NCBI GenBank assembly: GCA_009602735.1
Contig: WELA01002119.1
Span: 318,143 to 381,733, forward strand
DNA from: Mesotaenium endlicherianum
Lineage: Eukaryota
Length of the DNA: 63,591 nucleotides
Reading direction: 5' to 3'
The notes under the pieces: model-generated
What the model was told of the DNA's origin: nothing
What the model saw: the letters and a program-made list of their open reading frames with translations, nothing else
Databases searched by the model: none
Shown here: one piece after another, positions 10,859-22,298 of the stretch
Position numbering within the stretch: position 1 is the first letter of the stretch
Layout of the letters: each line of letters begins with the position of its first letter
Translations under genes and position numbers: made by a program

Positions 10859-11584
10859 TGAAAGGGGCAAAGTGTCCTAGTGGAAGCGTAGTAACTCACG
10901 AGGGAAGGAACTAGTTGCAATCATACGAAAGAGTGCAGCGGCATATTGCTAAGAAAGCTTAGGAAAATTACTTGAAATTTTGAGTGGCAAGAAACTGCTC
11001 ACAAATAATGTAGGATAAAAGGCCTTGTCATTACAAACCCGTAGAAATTTACAGAAGTGAAAACTCATAAGAAACAAAGAAGTTATGCCTAAGAGCTCCT
11101 CTCTAGGAGGAAGCTACGGATTTTCCTAAGTGTTCGTCAAATCGTCCCCTCCAGAATATTCGTGAGTAAGCCAGATCAGTCTCATCTGACGTGTCGGGTC
11201 GATTTGACGTCCACATACATGCATCGAAATATCTAGAAGATACTAACTTAGACGCGCTAGGCTAATCCGAAACTTCTAGGTAGATCGACCTAGTCGGCAC
11301 TTCGCGTCAGCCAAACTTACGTGAAGGTTCGAATTCACTCTAACGACCCAGATCGCTCGACGCTGTCGGTCAATCCGACGGTCGCGCTCACCGCGAATTA
11401 AGGACAGTCGTCAACCGACCTCAAAACTAATTAAACTTCGGAAATCCATAACTCACTTAATACTTGACCAATTTTGACAAACTTTATATCAAAATGATCA
11501 CAAAAATGCACTCTTCACTTCTATGCAATCAAAACATACTTTCATAAAACTCAAAAATGCACTTTGTAAACCTATGACCTTACA
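10859..11584. mobile_element. Solo LTR of an unrelated LTR family
   Basis: TGAAAGG...CCTTACA termini with TSD TGGTT (10854-10858, 11585-11589). It interrupts the old ORF3, which resumes exactly afterwards. No coding domains seen. Confidence 0.85.
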
Positions 11585-11972
11585 TGGTTGAAAAGCACGC
11601 TACAACCCTTCGTTCTCCTCGAGGTCCAACTTTAGAACAAACAAGGTTCTTTAGAAGGCCAGCTGACAGACCTAGAGGGCTGTCCAGATCTAGGTCCAGA
11701 TCTGAGTCTCCTGATCCTGAAGCCCCAGGAACAACCTAGACATCAAAATATTCTCCAGTCAAGCCTTGCTGGATGTCTCTCTGTCTGCAACCCACAACGG
11801 CAGTGGACTGAGGGTGGAGGTGATAGCCACTGTCACTAGTAATCCCCACAGCTAGGCAACAGTGTTGAAGCAAGAGACAAGCGGTGGGGGAGGTTAGTCC
11901 TGTTAAGTTCCTTGACAAGACACTTCTACAATTTAATGTTGTCGAGGGGACAACAAGTTAAGTTGGAGGGAT

Positions 11973-12684
11973 TGTAATGAATCAGTATATTGATAGATAT
12001 AATATTCATTTAAGTCAATTAAGTTTTACTTGCTGATCTGTAGTTAATATCTAGTCCGCTGGACTTTATGAAAGTATCAGTTTAATGACTCAGCCGGAAG
12101 CAGCAGGCTGAAGTCAACTTTGGTCAGCTTGCTAACACATTCTTTGACAGCCAGCTGACTTCCGTACTCGGTAGCAGCGAACTGCCTAGATATGCATCTA
12201 AGTGTGGTATGCTAGATGAATGGCCATATGACATCCTTAGGATGGATGACGATTCGGGATGATGGGAGATGGCGGTGGATTTGGTCAACCGAGGTCCTGC
12301 CAACGTGGTTAATTCCCGGGTAGGCGGTGCCATCGCACTTGCCGTTGAACAGTAAACTCATTCCATAAACATATGTTAGGTATTGCTCTCGAGTTCGGCA
12401 TTCGGAAACGAGGCCAACTCTCTTGTACAGCTTACTAAGAGACGTCTGAGTCCAAGGCGAGAAGCCATTGATAGACACTGTCTTCTAGCCTTGCTTATGT
12501 ATGAGTTTTTTGATTGCAATATTAATGCTAGTTTACTTGCATTTGACTTGCAAGCATTGTCCACTGCTAGTATGTTGTCTTTTGCTGTTTAATCAATTTA
12601 AAAAAAAAACCATTGAAGATTACTTGCTGATATAAAGATCTTCATTAATTGTTAATTGCCTATTTGGTAAGTCGATTCATTTCA
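11973..12684 (+). repeat. Diverged family-1 3' LTR (old copy)
   Basis: Follows the PPT; TGTAATG...ATTTCA; more substitutions than the other LTR copies. Confidence 0.92.
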
Positions 12685-14926
12685 GCTCAGCCATAAATTG
12701 CTATGACACAACATCCCAATACCACCAAGACTCATAGAATTTTTGTTGAAAAATTGGATTTAAGGGAGAATATGAGGCATGAGTTCAGGAGGAGCTTGGC
12801 GAATTGCCATCGCCAGCGCAGGTTAATACCATCACCCAATTAGACCTCACTTCATGAAGATAATGAGTGTGATGAAGGACACACAGTGGGCCGTCAAGTC
12901 TCTCTAGGCGGAAATGGAAGCTGCTCGGACTGACGAGGCGATTCCACGCATGGCCAAAACAAACTGGCTCAGATGTACACAGACTACTATGAGCGGCTGC
13001 ATCGTGTGTAGGCCGACGCTACATACAATAGATTACTCCTGTCTAAGGTGTCTCAAAGTGCTTATTCTAATCTTGCCCCTCTTGCAGTCTCTCTCATCTT
13101 GTGCCTGCTTTGCTAGCACGGTCAGTAACAAGCGACTTCAAGCCTTTCTGCCCAGTAGGCACCTTCTCTGCTTTACAGGGACTTTTAGCAGTCATGCTTC
13201 TTTTTCATTTTTAATATGCCTTGTGCATTGCCTCGTCTGTAAACAATATTTTGACGTTGGTGGAATGCTCGCAGGTTTTGTTCGAGTGTCATTGGGTATG
13301 CCAGAGCTGTACACTATAGGTCAGGACAACCTTTGACAATCCGCCGTGTGGCCGGATGCGGCGCGTGCGACACGTCGCCAAAAGGCGACGAAAGTGTCAG
13401 TTTGAATTGTATAAGTACAATTGGCGCGCGGTCAAAGTACCTCCAGTTACCTTTTTGTTCGTATCCCTACATTGGTATCGGAGCGCAAACGTATGCAACC
13501 GTGTCCAGGAGACCAAGGTTCAAACTCCAATGAGCACAAGGGTGCTCTAGGGGTGCGAGACAGGTCGATGGTATGACCATATGGCGATATATAAATTGTA
13601 CAAAGAAAGAAAACTATCATAAAATAACGTCCCTTGTGCCGCCGGGGCCTAAGTGCTTGGGACGTGCACACGTACTTTGTCCTAAATTAGTTCCACACAC
13701 GAGTATTTTACAACTTTGTTACAATCTACATTATTACATCTCCGCCCTACTCTTTTTCAACCTTCTAGTTGCTTTTTTCAACTTTAGCTTCCTAAGATGT
13801 AACATTCTGCCACCTATCTCTCATGTGTGCAAAGAGTAGCAGGAACGATAGCATCTATTTATTTGTTGCATCGTTTTCAACACCTAATCACTTAATCACA
13901 TCTCTGAAACAACTTCTTATTATTTGGTGAGACGCCCAGGAGATCCGTATTTACACGCTTAGACGCGAGTCGGCTCCTTTGTCAACCACATGCATCAAAC
14001 GTCGACCTGCACGGATGTTCGGAAGCCTGGAAATCCGTTGAAGCCAGTTGAAATGAAACGTGCCACTGTATTGGTGCACCATGGTGCACCACTGGTGAAC
14101 ACAATTGAATTCACTTGTAAGGGCCTCTTTACAGTGGGCGAAGGCGTTCAATTCAATTCCGTCACCTACGCAATCGTGTTTTTCCCAATTCGATTGCAAA
14201 AGTATACAATCGCAATTGCAAATGGAAGGTGGTGTGGGGTCTACCTTTACAGTGCGTAAACCTCCTGCAATTCACATCTTGTTAAAAATGCCCCACCTTT
14301 TACAGCGGCTCTTGAGGGCACCTTATTTCTCGGTGACTCGGTCACGCTAAAAACAACTCACTTTTGTGGACATTATAAATTGTAAAAATTTGTTAACTCT
14401 GACGATTAAACTTGAAAACCCCAAGAGACTCTCACACTGCTAAGTTCTCGCCATTTTTGTTCTTTGTGCCACAATTGATATGCACGGCTTTATCAAGAGT
14501 TTCATATAATCTGCGACATATTGTAAATCTCCTTCACTATATATGGTAAGTACGTGCAAATTACGGCAAATACAGACCCAGGTTAGTGCAAGCACCCAGC
14601 AAATTAATGTGCGCCAAATATAGGGGCTTCAGAAATACTACCCAAGGGAGGAGCCGGGGGAAGCACTTAATCGATCAAGGTGAGCAACATACCGTCTGGA
14701 CAGGGCTCTAGCACATTTGTAGTTTAGTTAGGGGCTCATCAGTAACCTTTCCTTGTTTTACGTGGGGATAGGTTGCCACTTATTTGGGAAGTGCATTGGG
14801 TAATTGCATAGAATAGAGTGTCATTCTTTTGCAAGAATAAGAGAAGAGGGGGAAACCTTCTGTGACTGAACATGTGCGTGTGTGTGTGTTTTCTTTTGTT
14901 GGGGGGGGAGGGTGTGGGGGAAGCAG

Positions 14927-15084
14927 AACCGCAAGGTGGAGCTAAAGACGAGACGCGGCACGCCCGACGTGTCGGCGCTGCTGAAGTCAGCTTCTCTGCT
15001 GCCTTCATCTTGGGCTTCACCATCGCCGACGCCATCGCGCTGCTGCGTCTCAGCGATCTCTACGTGAAGTTCTTCAAAATCAAG
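14927..15084 (+). pseudogene. PNO1: Captured exon of host PNO1/Dim2 (KH-domain 40S biogenesis factor), frameshifted
   Basis: Reads NRKVELKTRRGTPDVSALLKSA/AAFILGFTIADAIALLRLSDLYVKFFKIK across one frameshift. This matches the PNO1 segment recalled as KVELKT..TPD.S.LQK.ADFV.AF.LGF...DA.ALLR.D.LY..SF.IK. Bounded by CAG and GT. Confidence 0.8.
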
Positions 15085-15589
15085 GTTAGGTGGGTGGGCA
15101 CGCGGGTTGTGCCGATACAGGAGAACCGTCTTTCCCCCGCTCTCCCTTCCTCCCCCCTGGCTGCCACATAGCACCTCCTCCCCCCTGCCCATGGTGTTCA
15201 GTTCGCCTGCTCCATTAGTTTTGTCTCCTTTGTCAAGAATTTGGAGGCAGGGGGAGCTGGTAGAGGGTTTGGGCATATGTGGCCATCTGCCAAAGTAGCC
15301 TGATACTGCTCGCCTGCTGCAAGCTTGCCACAATCCTGTCGCACGCCCGGCAGACTCGCAGAGCAGCTGGCTGCACGCGCGTGGCCGCCGCGCTGGCAGT
15401 CGCTGGCCTACCACAAGCCCGTTGCGATGGCCAAGGGGGCAAAGGGGCCTTTGCGCTGGTATCGAAATGTAGGCGCTGGCCTGGCGCTGAAAGGGTCAGG
15501 GACAGGCAAAGGGGTCGGAGGGGCAGGTGGGCCGAGAGGGCACAGGAAGCAGAGGGGCCTGCACGCTGGCACCTGCATGCAGACGAAAC

Positions 15590-16730
15590 TTGTGTGGGAC
15601 GGGCAGGTGCAGCCGCCCGCCCCTTGCCTTCTTGTGTCGGGGCGGGCGGGCTGGTTGCTGCAGGCAGTTGCTCCCGCCCGCCCCTCGTGTGTTTGTGCTT
15701 GTGTGGGGCGGGCGGGATCAGCAGCCCGCCCCTTGTGTGTATGTGTTTGTGTGGGGCGGGCGGAATCAGCAACTCGCCCCTTGTGTGCTCGTGTGGGGCG
15801 GGCGAGCCTGCTGCAGCAGGCAGCTGCTCCTGCCCGCCCCTTGTGTGTTTGTGCTTGTGTGGGGCGGGCGAGATCAGCAGCTCCCCCCTTGTGTGTATGT
15901 GTTTGTGTGGGGCGGGCGAAAGCAGCAGCCGCCCCTTGCGTGCTTGTGTGGGGCGGGGGGGCCTGTTGTTGCAGGTATTTGCTCCTGCCCGCCCCTTCTG
16001 TGTTTGTGCTCGTGTGGGGCGGGCGGGAGCAGCAGTGTGGGGCGGCCGGGAGCAGCAGTCTGCCCTTGTGTGCTCGTGTGGGGCGGGCGGGCCTGAAGCT
16101 GCAGGCAGCTGCTCCTGCCAGCCCCTCGTGTGTTTGTGCTTGTGTGGGGCGGGCGGGAGCAGCAGCCCGCCCTTGTGTGCTCGTGTGGGGCGGGCGGGCC
16201 TGCTGGTGCAGGCAGCTGCTCCTGCCAGTCCCTCGTGTGTTTGTGCTTGTGTGAGGCGGGCGAGATTAGCAGCCCGCTCCTTGTGTATATGTATTTGTGT
16301 GGGGCGGGCAGAAGCAGCAGCCCGCCCCTTATGTGCTCGTGTGGGGTGGGCGGGCCTGTTGCTGCAGGCAGCGGCTCCCGCCAGTCCCTTGTGTGTTTGT
16401 GCTTGTGTGGGGCGGGCGGGATCAGCAACCCGCCCCTTGTGTGTTTGTGTTTGTGTGGGGCGAGCATGAGCAGCAGCCCGCCCATTGTGTGCTCGGGAGG
16501 GGCGGGTGGGCCTGCTGCTGCAGGCAGCTGCTCCTGCCAGCCCCTCTTGTGTTTGTGCTTGTGTGGGGTGGGCGGGATCAGCAGCTCGCCCCTTGTATAT
16601 ATGTGTTTATGTGGGGCGGGCAGAAGCAGCAGCCCGCCCCTTGTGTGCTCGTGTGGGGCGAGCGGGCCTGCTGCTGCAGGCAGCTGCTCCTGCCCGCCCC
16701 TTGTTGCTCGTGCTTGTGTGGGGCGAGAGG
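15590..16730 (+). repeat. GC-rich tandem hairpin array (about 45-65 bp units)
   Basis: Repeated TGTGTGGGGCGGGC-[variable loop]-GCCCGCCCCTTGTGTG units. This array generates the many Cys/Gly/Ala-rich spurious ORFs. Confidence 0.9.
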
Positions 16731-16976
16731 AGCAGATGGGGCAGAGGGGCAGAGGGGGCAAAGGGGGCAGAGGGTCACGAGGGCAGAGAGGTGGGCAGGC
16801 TTGCATGCAGGCTGCTGGTCCTGCCCGCCTTACACAATAGTTGCCCGCTCTTTGCCTTCTTGTGTTGGGGTGTTCTTGTGTTGTCATGCGGCTGCCAACC
16901 TTGTTGTGGATCCTGAAGCTGTTGCTGTTTATCATTTTATGTGTTGCAGGTTACTGCAGCTTGGTGAGCATCAGCT

Positions 16977-18028
16977 ATGGACCCTTGCAGTGCAACAACA
17001 AAGATTTTTACTGTCTTAGCTCTCCTCATTGTCATATTTGCGGTTCAACAGTGGGGCTCCATACAGCAAGCTTTTGGTGAAGTCCTCAGAAACACCACTC
17101 ATGAGTTAGACATGGCCGTTGAGAGGCAAGCTAGGGATCGATTGCAGAGATTTTTACAGTTCACTATGCAACATACTATGCTATGTTATCATGTTAAGGT
17201 TGGGAAGAAGAAGCGTAAGCATCGTGAGGTGTATGTGTATCCTAGGGACTCAACATGGTTTGAATACTTGGTGCTCACTCAATGGGAAACACTACGATGG
17301 AGAAGTTTGATGACTTTGAGCAGCTTCATGGATGGCAAGGCGTTGCTGGTGCCATTGACTGCACCCATATCAAGATCAAAAGACCATATGGGGTGGCAGG
17401 TGGGTGCTACCGCGACAGAAAAGGTGACTATAGTATCATTTTGCAAGCAATTATAGATTCCAAGTGCCGATCCTTAAGCGTTTATGGTGGGTGGCCTGGG
17501 TCTGTTCATGATTCTCGCGTTTTTAAAGCATCTCCTACACATTTGGCCTATGTGGCATATACCCATGTGCTGGCAAGTACCCCTCATGTGCAAATCAAGG
17601 ATGGACATCTCGTTAGACCATATATTTTAAGGGATGCTGGGTATCAACTAATGCCTTCGAACATTACACCATACGATAAGGTCAAGTGCCAAGAGGATGC
17701 CTTACGTCAGGCATTCAATTATGAGCATTCTAGTCAAAGAATGGCGGTAGAGAGGACCTTTGGTGTTTTCAAAAATGTGTGGCGTTTGTTTGGTGGTGTA
17801 GACAGGTGCGTAAAGTACAATACGAAGTCTATAAGCGTCATTTTGATGGCTGGTTGCATCTTGCACAATTGGCTGATAGACATTAAAGAACTAGACGTAG
17901 AAAGCTACACCTTACATGCTGAACAGGCGGTGCCTGGGCGTTGTGACGCACAAGAAGCTGTAATAGCCAAAGGTAGTATAGTGAGGGACAAGCTGCAAGA
18001 TGCATTCTGTGAGGCTCGTGTTGTGTAG
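16977..18028 (+). pseudogene. Harbinger/PIF DDE transposase, internally deleted and frameshifted
   Basis: GAIDCTHI, YRDRKGDYSIILQAIID, GWPGSVHDSRVF, ILRDAGY, FNYEHSSQRMAVERTFGVFKNVW, GCILHNW. The N-terminal part (VYPRDSTWF..W..LRWR) is in another frame, and the HTH segment expected between them appears missing near 17305. Confidence 0.9.
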
Positions 18029-19517
18029 ATTATTTGCGCTCATATTTTATTATTAATAAAGTTCATACTTGAAGGTAGCAGTAGGATATGAATTGCTATA
18101 TGATGTTAGGCAACTTAATGGCCATATTATTTCATATTTTCTATACCCAATAAAAGTTGTGCAATGTCGCGACTATTATCCGTTTGACGGTGTCCCACGC
18201 GCAGCGCACGCTACGGCCACCTAGTGCGGAAAGTCAACGTTGACTCACTGACCACTTGACTGATTACATCGCAGTCAGCGGTTATGGCGGCGTCAAGACC
18301 ACTGGCAAGGGGTCAATGTCAGTGTGCCCCACACCCAGGGATGGGGGAGATTTTGACAAGACAGCCGCGAGGCTAGGAAGTGGGGATCAGCAATGAGCCG
18401 CCCAGCAAGTACCAAGTCAGTTACTGTGTGACTGGCAGATTAAGCCAGGTCATGGCTGCAATGCCAAGATAGGTTACGGCCGCCCGGTTGGGAAAACTTG
18501 AGCAAGTGGTATTTGCTTGCACGCCGCTCAGGAGTTCTTAGCCATGAGCCGATTAGGCGTGACTGCCGGCTGAGAAGCTAAGCAGCCACGCGCGACAGTC
18601 ACAAGGTGTGCATGCATGCTGAGTGACTACGAGTTTGAGTTGAGCATGGCTAGGCAAAAGCGACATGCAGCTAAGTTGTGAGACTAAGCACGGCATTCAC
18701 GAAAGATGACGCTGTGTAGTGCCTGTGAAAGGCACGAATCTTGCCTAAGACATGTCATTCACTCTCACGCGCCTTTGCCAAGAAGCAGGAGCAGAAGGAA
18801 AGAGAAGAAGGGCGCGAAGAAGAAGAAGGAGTTCCCAAGGCCATTGGAGGGCCAAGGCCCCACGCTTTTGATGACGCTGAAGATTCTTCTGTGTATCATA
18901 GATAAAGTTAGGATTGTAGGAGTTCCCAAGAGGGAGTCTCACTGTTGAAGAAGGAGAACTGCAGAATAGAATCTGCTAGGAGATTAGCACAGAGTCAGCC
19001 AAACGCCACAAGTGTGTGTGAAGCAGCCTTAAAATGGTGAATTGTGTGTTACTTTCCAAGTTCTCAGAAGTCGCATTCGCATCTCGAAGAGAGAGAGTAG
19101 TATTGACAGATAAAGCTCTCAGTGAAGAACTGAGTGAGCCCAGCCTGGCAGTGAAGAGCTGTTAAGGCGCGGTGTTAAGTGAAGAGCTTGACCAAGGCCA
19201 ACATAGACGTAGTTTCAGAGTTTTGTAAGCTGACTTGTGGAAGTTAAGCGAAAGCCTGAAGGGCGGTTTTCTCTGAATCTGACGTTGCATGTCAAGCTGC
19301 TTAGAGTGTGATTTCTGCAAACTACAATTTGCTCACCTGTGAATCCAAGAACCTTAAGGCATAAAGCCTATGTGGAAGTAAGAGACTTTTGTCCTACTTC
19401 TAAGAACTTCAGTTCTGTGGTTCAGGTGCATAGAAATTCCAAAGCAAATTGGGGTTGAGGCCTGTGAGGGCTGCCGGTGCTCAACCTGGAAGGGGACCCG
19501 GAGAAATTCAACTGTAC

Positions 19518-21389
19518 ATGCAGTTGAGAAGTGGAAGACTCTACTACCCTGTGGAGCCTGCGGAAGGTTCTGATTCAAGCCAGAGTCCACGAGGAAGTGA
19601 GACATCTGAGCACACGGATAACCTGTGGAGTGAGCAACCGTCGAGAGACGAGTCTTGCCATACTGCCACGAACGGTGAGAATCCGTATAACGCGCAATCC
19701 TTTGTACCCAATTTGGGCAGAGAGCACAACGTGTGGGATAAAGATAGTGAGTCTTGGTCACCACTCGAAATGACTGGTGATAATAAGGATGAAAATCCTA
19801 AGTTCAAGCTGTCTACAAAGTGTTTTAGTGGACGAACCAGTGGAAATAGTCTCACTTTCGAAGAGTTTGATGAGATCTATTGGGCTGACTTCTTTGAGAA
19901 AATTCGAAAGGATTCTTCTTACACTCAGTCAGTCGCTTTTATAAGCTTGGTTCAGTACTTGGACAAGGATGCCTTGTTGCTGTATCGCCAATTTCGGAAG
20001 GATGAGAACCTTATCCAAGAATGGGCGTTTGACGAGCAAAAGAAGGCGAGGGATTTGAAAATCCAGAAAGAGGCTGCGAAAGCCCGCCTGTCCGCTTTGT
20101 CATCAGGAAGAGCGATACCTGCTGCACCTGTTGAGAGCGTAGACTTAGCTGCACTAACACAAGAATTAACAGATGCCATGAAGCAACTCACCGAGGGTCA
20201 GCAGCGAGCGGCTACTCGAGATGATGATGCTGGATCTGTCGTAGAATTGCGTAAAGTGTATGAAAAATTGTCTGAAAAGATTGCTAATGCTCAGGAACGA
20301 GTAACACGCATAGCTGCACCTTTTACATGGCAGCATGGTGATAGTGTCACCACGGAAGCAAGCCATGCGCAAGCGTTGGCTAGTTGCCGTAGGGATATGG
20401 AGGCTGGGGATGACCAGTTAGACTCTGAGCACTGTCTGCGTCGTTTCTTTAAGTTGCTTGAAGCAACATTCCCAGAGGATCGCAGTCATAAAGTGCACCG
20501 CTATGTGCATTTTGTCCGTCGGAAGAACGAGACAGTGATGGAGGTCAAATCCAGATTGGTAGACCTTGCCAAGAAGGCAGGAATCTATGAGCCTAGGATT
20601 GTGGCTGACAAATTCTTATTGTGTCTGGGTAAAGACACAGATTGGGAGGTCAGGCCGCACCTATTTGCGAAACGCAGAATCGACTGGAACATCGACGAGG
20701 CTGCTGAAATAGCACGCAATGTCGAGGAAGGTAAAGTCTGGTGCAAGGAGGCTTCCAGGACGCTTATGGCTCCTGAGAAAAGGGAGGAATCCTTTCAGCC
20801 TAAGGCCAATAGCTCTAATTTTCAATTTAAGAAAAAGAGCGGGTCTTTCAATAGGTTTGCTAAGCACGCCAACACCGCTGAGACAGCAGAGGGCTGTTGG
20901 AATTGCGGGAAACCAGGACATCAGAAGAGAGGTTGTCCGTACCCGGATGCTAAGCAATTGTCTGCTAGCAAGGCGCAGGTATGCGCACATTGCAGTAAAA
21001 AGGGACACTCAGAATATGAGTGTTGGTCCAAGAACCCAAATCTGAAACCACCATGGGCTAATGCTGCCAAGAAAGAGGCGGATAAAGGTAAGAAACGGGA
21101 GAGAGATAATTATGGTAACCGGAAGGGTAACCAGAAGTATGATGCTATGAGTGCAGAGATTGCAGAGTCGAAAGCTCAATTTGCAAGACTAAGTGTGCCT
21201 AGTGTCTACTATGATGCAATTGTGGCCAAAAAGACCGTCTGCAAAGGCGAGAAGCTGACGCCTGAGAAGGCCGTGGCTGCAACGGCTGCGGAGCGCGCAG
21301 ATCATGACCGTCTGGTTCCAAGAAGTGCTGGGAAGCTTCCTCAGACCTTTTGGATCACTCTCAATGAGAACGAGATTGCGCAGCTATGA
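19518..21389 (+). CDS. gag: Gag of the DNMT-bearing element (two zinc knuckles)
   Basis: MQLRSGR start; CWNCGKPGHQKRGC and CAHCSKKGHSEYEC. The frame continues past the TGA at 21387 into the protease. Confidence 0.85.
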   Translation: MQLRSGRLYYPVEPAEGSDSSQSPRGSETSEHTDNLWSEQPSRDESCHTATNGENPYNAQSFVPNLGREHNVWDKDSESWSPLEMTGDNKDENPKFKLSTKCFSGRTSGNSLTFEEFDEIYWADFFEKIRKDSSYTQSVAFISLVQYLDKDALLLYRQFRKDENLIQEWAFDEQKKARDLKIQKEAAKARLSALSSGRAIPAAPVESVDLAALTQELTDAMKQLTEGQQRAATRDDDAGSVVELRKVYEKLSEKIANAQERVTRIAAPFTWQHGDSVTTEASHAQALASCRRDMEAGDDQLDSEHCLRRFFKLLEATFPEDRSHKVHRYVHFVRRKNETVMEVKSRLVDLAKKAGIYEPRIVADKFLLCLGKDTDWEVRPHLFAKRRIDWNIDEAAEIARNVEEGKVWCKEASRTLMAPEKREESFQPKANSSNFQFKKKSGSFNRFAKHANTAETAEGCWNCGKPGHQKRGCPYPDAKQLSASKAQVCAHCSKKGHSEYECWSKNPNLKPPWANAAKKEADKGKKRERDNYGNRKGNQKYDAMSAEIAESKAQFARLSVPSVYYDAIVAKKTVCKGEKLTPEKAVAATAAERADHDRLVPRSAGKLPQTFWITLNENEIAQL

Positions 21390-22298
21390 CAAGCCAAGCC
21401 TGGACCACGCAAGACATTTAGTTTTTCGCTGGAAAAGCTGAAGGCTCTAGTGGAAGACCGGGTTCAGCACATTCCTTGTCTTTCACTCGCTGATCTGCGT
21501 CTTACATATCCTTTCACGATTGAGGAAGCCGGACAGCAACTGGACCTAGCTGAGGAAGGCGCAAACAGCGCTTCGCTGCCTACTAATTTCAGCACTGTGA
21601 GAGTGCAGAACAAGGATAGAGTTTTGACGTTTAACGACCGGGCCGCTCCCAATATCCTATTGGACACTGGCGCACAGCCAGTAATATTGGGAAAGCGAGC
21701 TGTGAAAGCTCTGGGATTGACGGCAAGGGACCTGAAAGAAAGTCCTTTCCAGTTGAGGACTGCATCTGGGCAGATTTCAAAGTCTTGTGGAATCACCCGC
21801 AAGCCTGTGAAAATCACAGTAAACTTGGGGAAACCTGAGGAAGCGTCACTGTTCATAGAATGTACGGTGACAGAGGCAGAGAACTATGATGTTCTCTTGG
21901 GGGCAGAAGCTCTGATTCCCTTGGGTATGGTCATCAACCTGCGGAAGCAGAGGGTGACTTACCAATCGACAAATCGGCAGCCGACAGGAGAAATTCCTGT
22001 AAATATGGTTTGCTTGGGAGAGGCAAACTACGGACTGCTAGACTGCTATGTGAATGACCAGTATCCAGACCATTATGACCTCATCATGCAACGCGAAGAG
22101 AAGATCTACACCAGCGTCAACATGCCGACTCCCTTGGTTTGGCAACCTCGGATTATGGAGCAACTAGAAGCTGTGAGTAACAGGGACCGTGGCCCGCTAG
22201 AGCTGCTGCCAGTTCCTTATCCAGTTAAGACTGCTGCCAATTTGATGCCTGGAGTAGACCCACTACCACGAGGATGGAAGATCCTTTTCGCAGGATAG
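21390..22298 (+). pseudogene. Aspartic protease region of the DNMT-bearing element
   Basis: ILLDTGAQPVILG and YDVLLGAEAL, in the same frame as gag. Confidence 0.85.

Larger units (their letters stand above)
760..12684 (+). mobile_element. Older decayed family-1 copy (ORF3 remnant plus 3' LTR), interrupted by element A and a solo LTR
   Basis: 760-834, 9660-10858 and 11590-11735 are collinear with ORF3 (7146-8822) but carry stops and frameshifts. A diverged LTR lies at 11973-12684 after the PPT. Confidence 0.9.

Noticed and set aside
15590..16730. CRISPR-like look of the palindromic repeat array
   Set aside because: Loops and linkers are themselves repetitive rather than unique spacers; no cas genes; eukaryotic context.
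15233..17019. Long Cys/Gly/Ala-rich ORFs in several frames (also 54488-55668)
   Set aside because: Products of a stop-poor GC-rich tandem array, open on both strands.
21387..21389. Programmed stop read-through between gag and protease of the DNMT element
   Set aside because: The context TGA CAA GCC is not a clear read-through motif and the element has many other disabling stops; a CGA-to-TGA decay is simpler. Needs other copies to settle.
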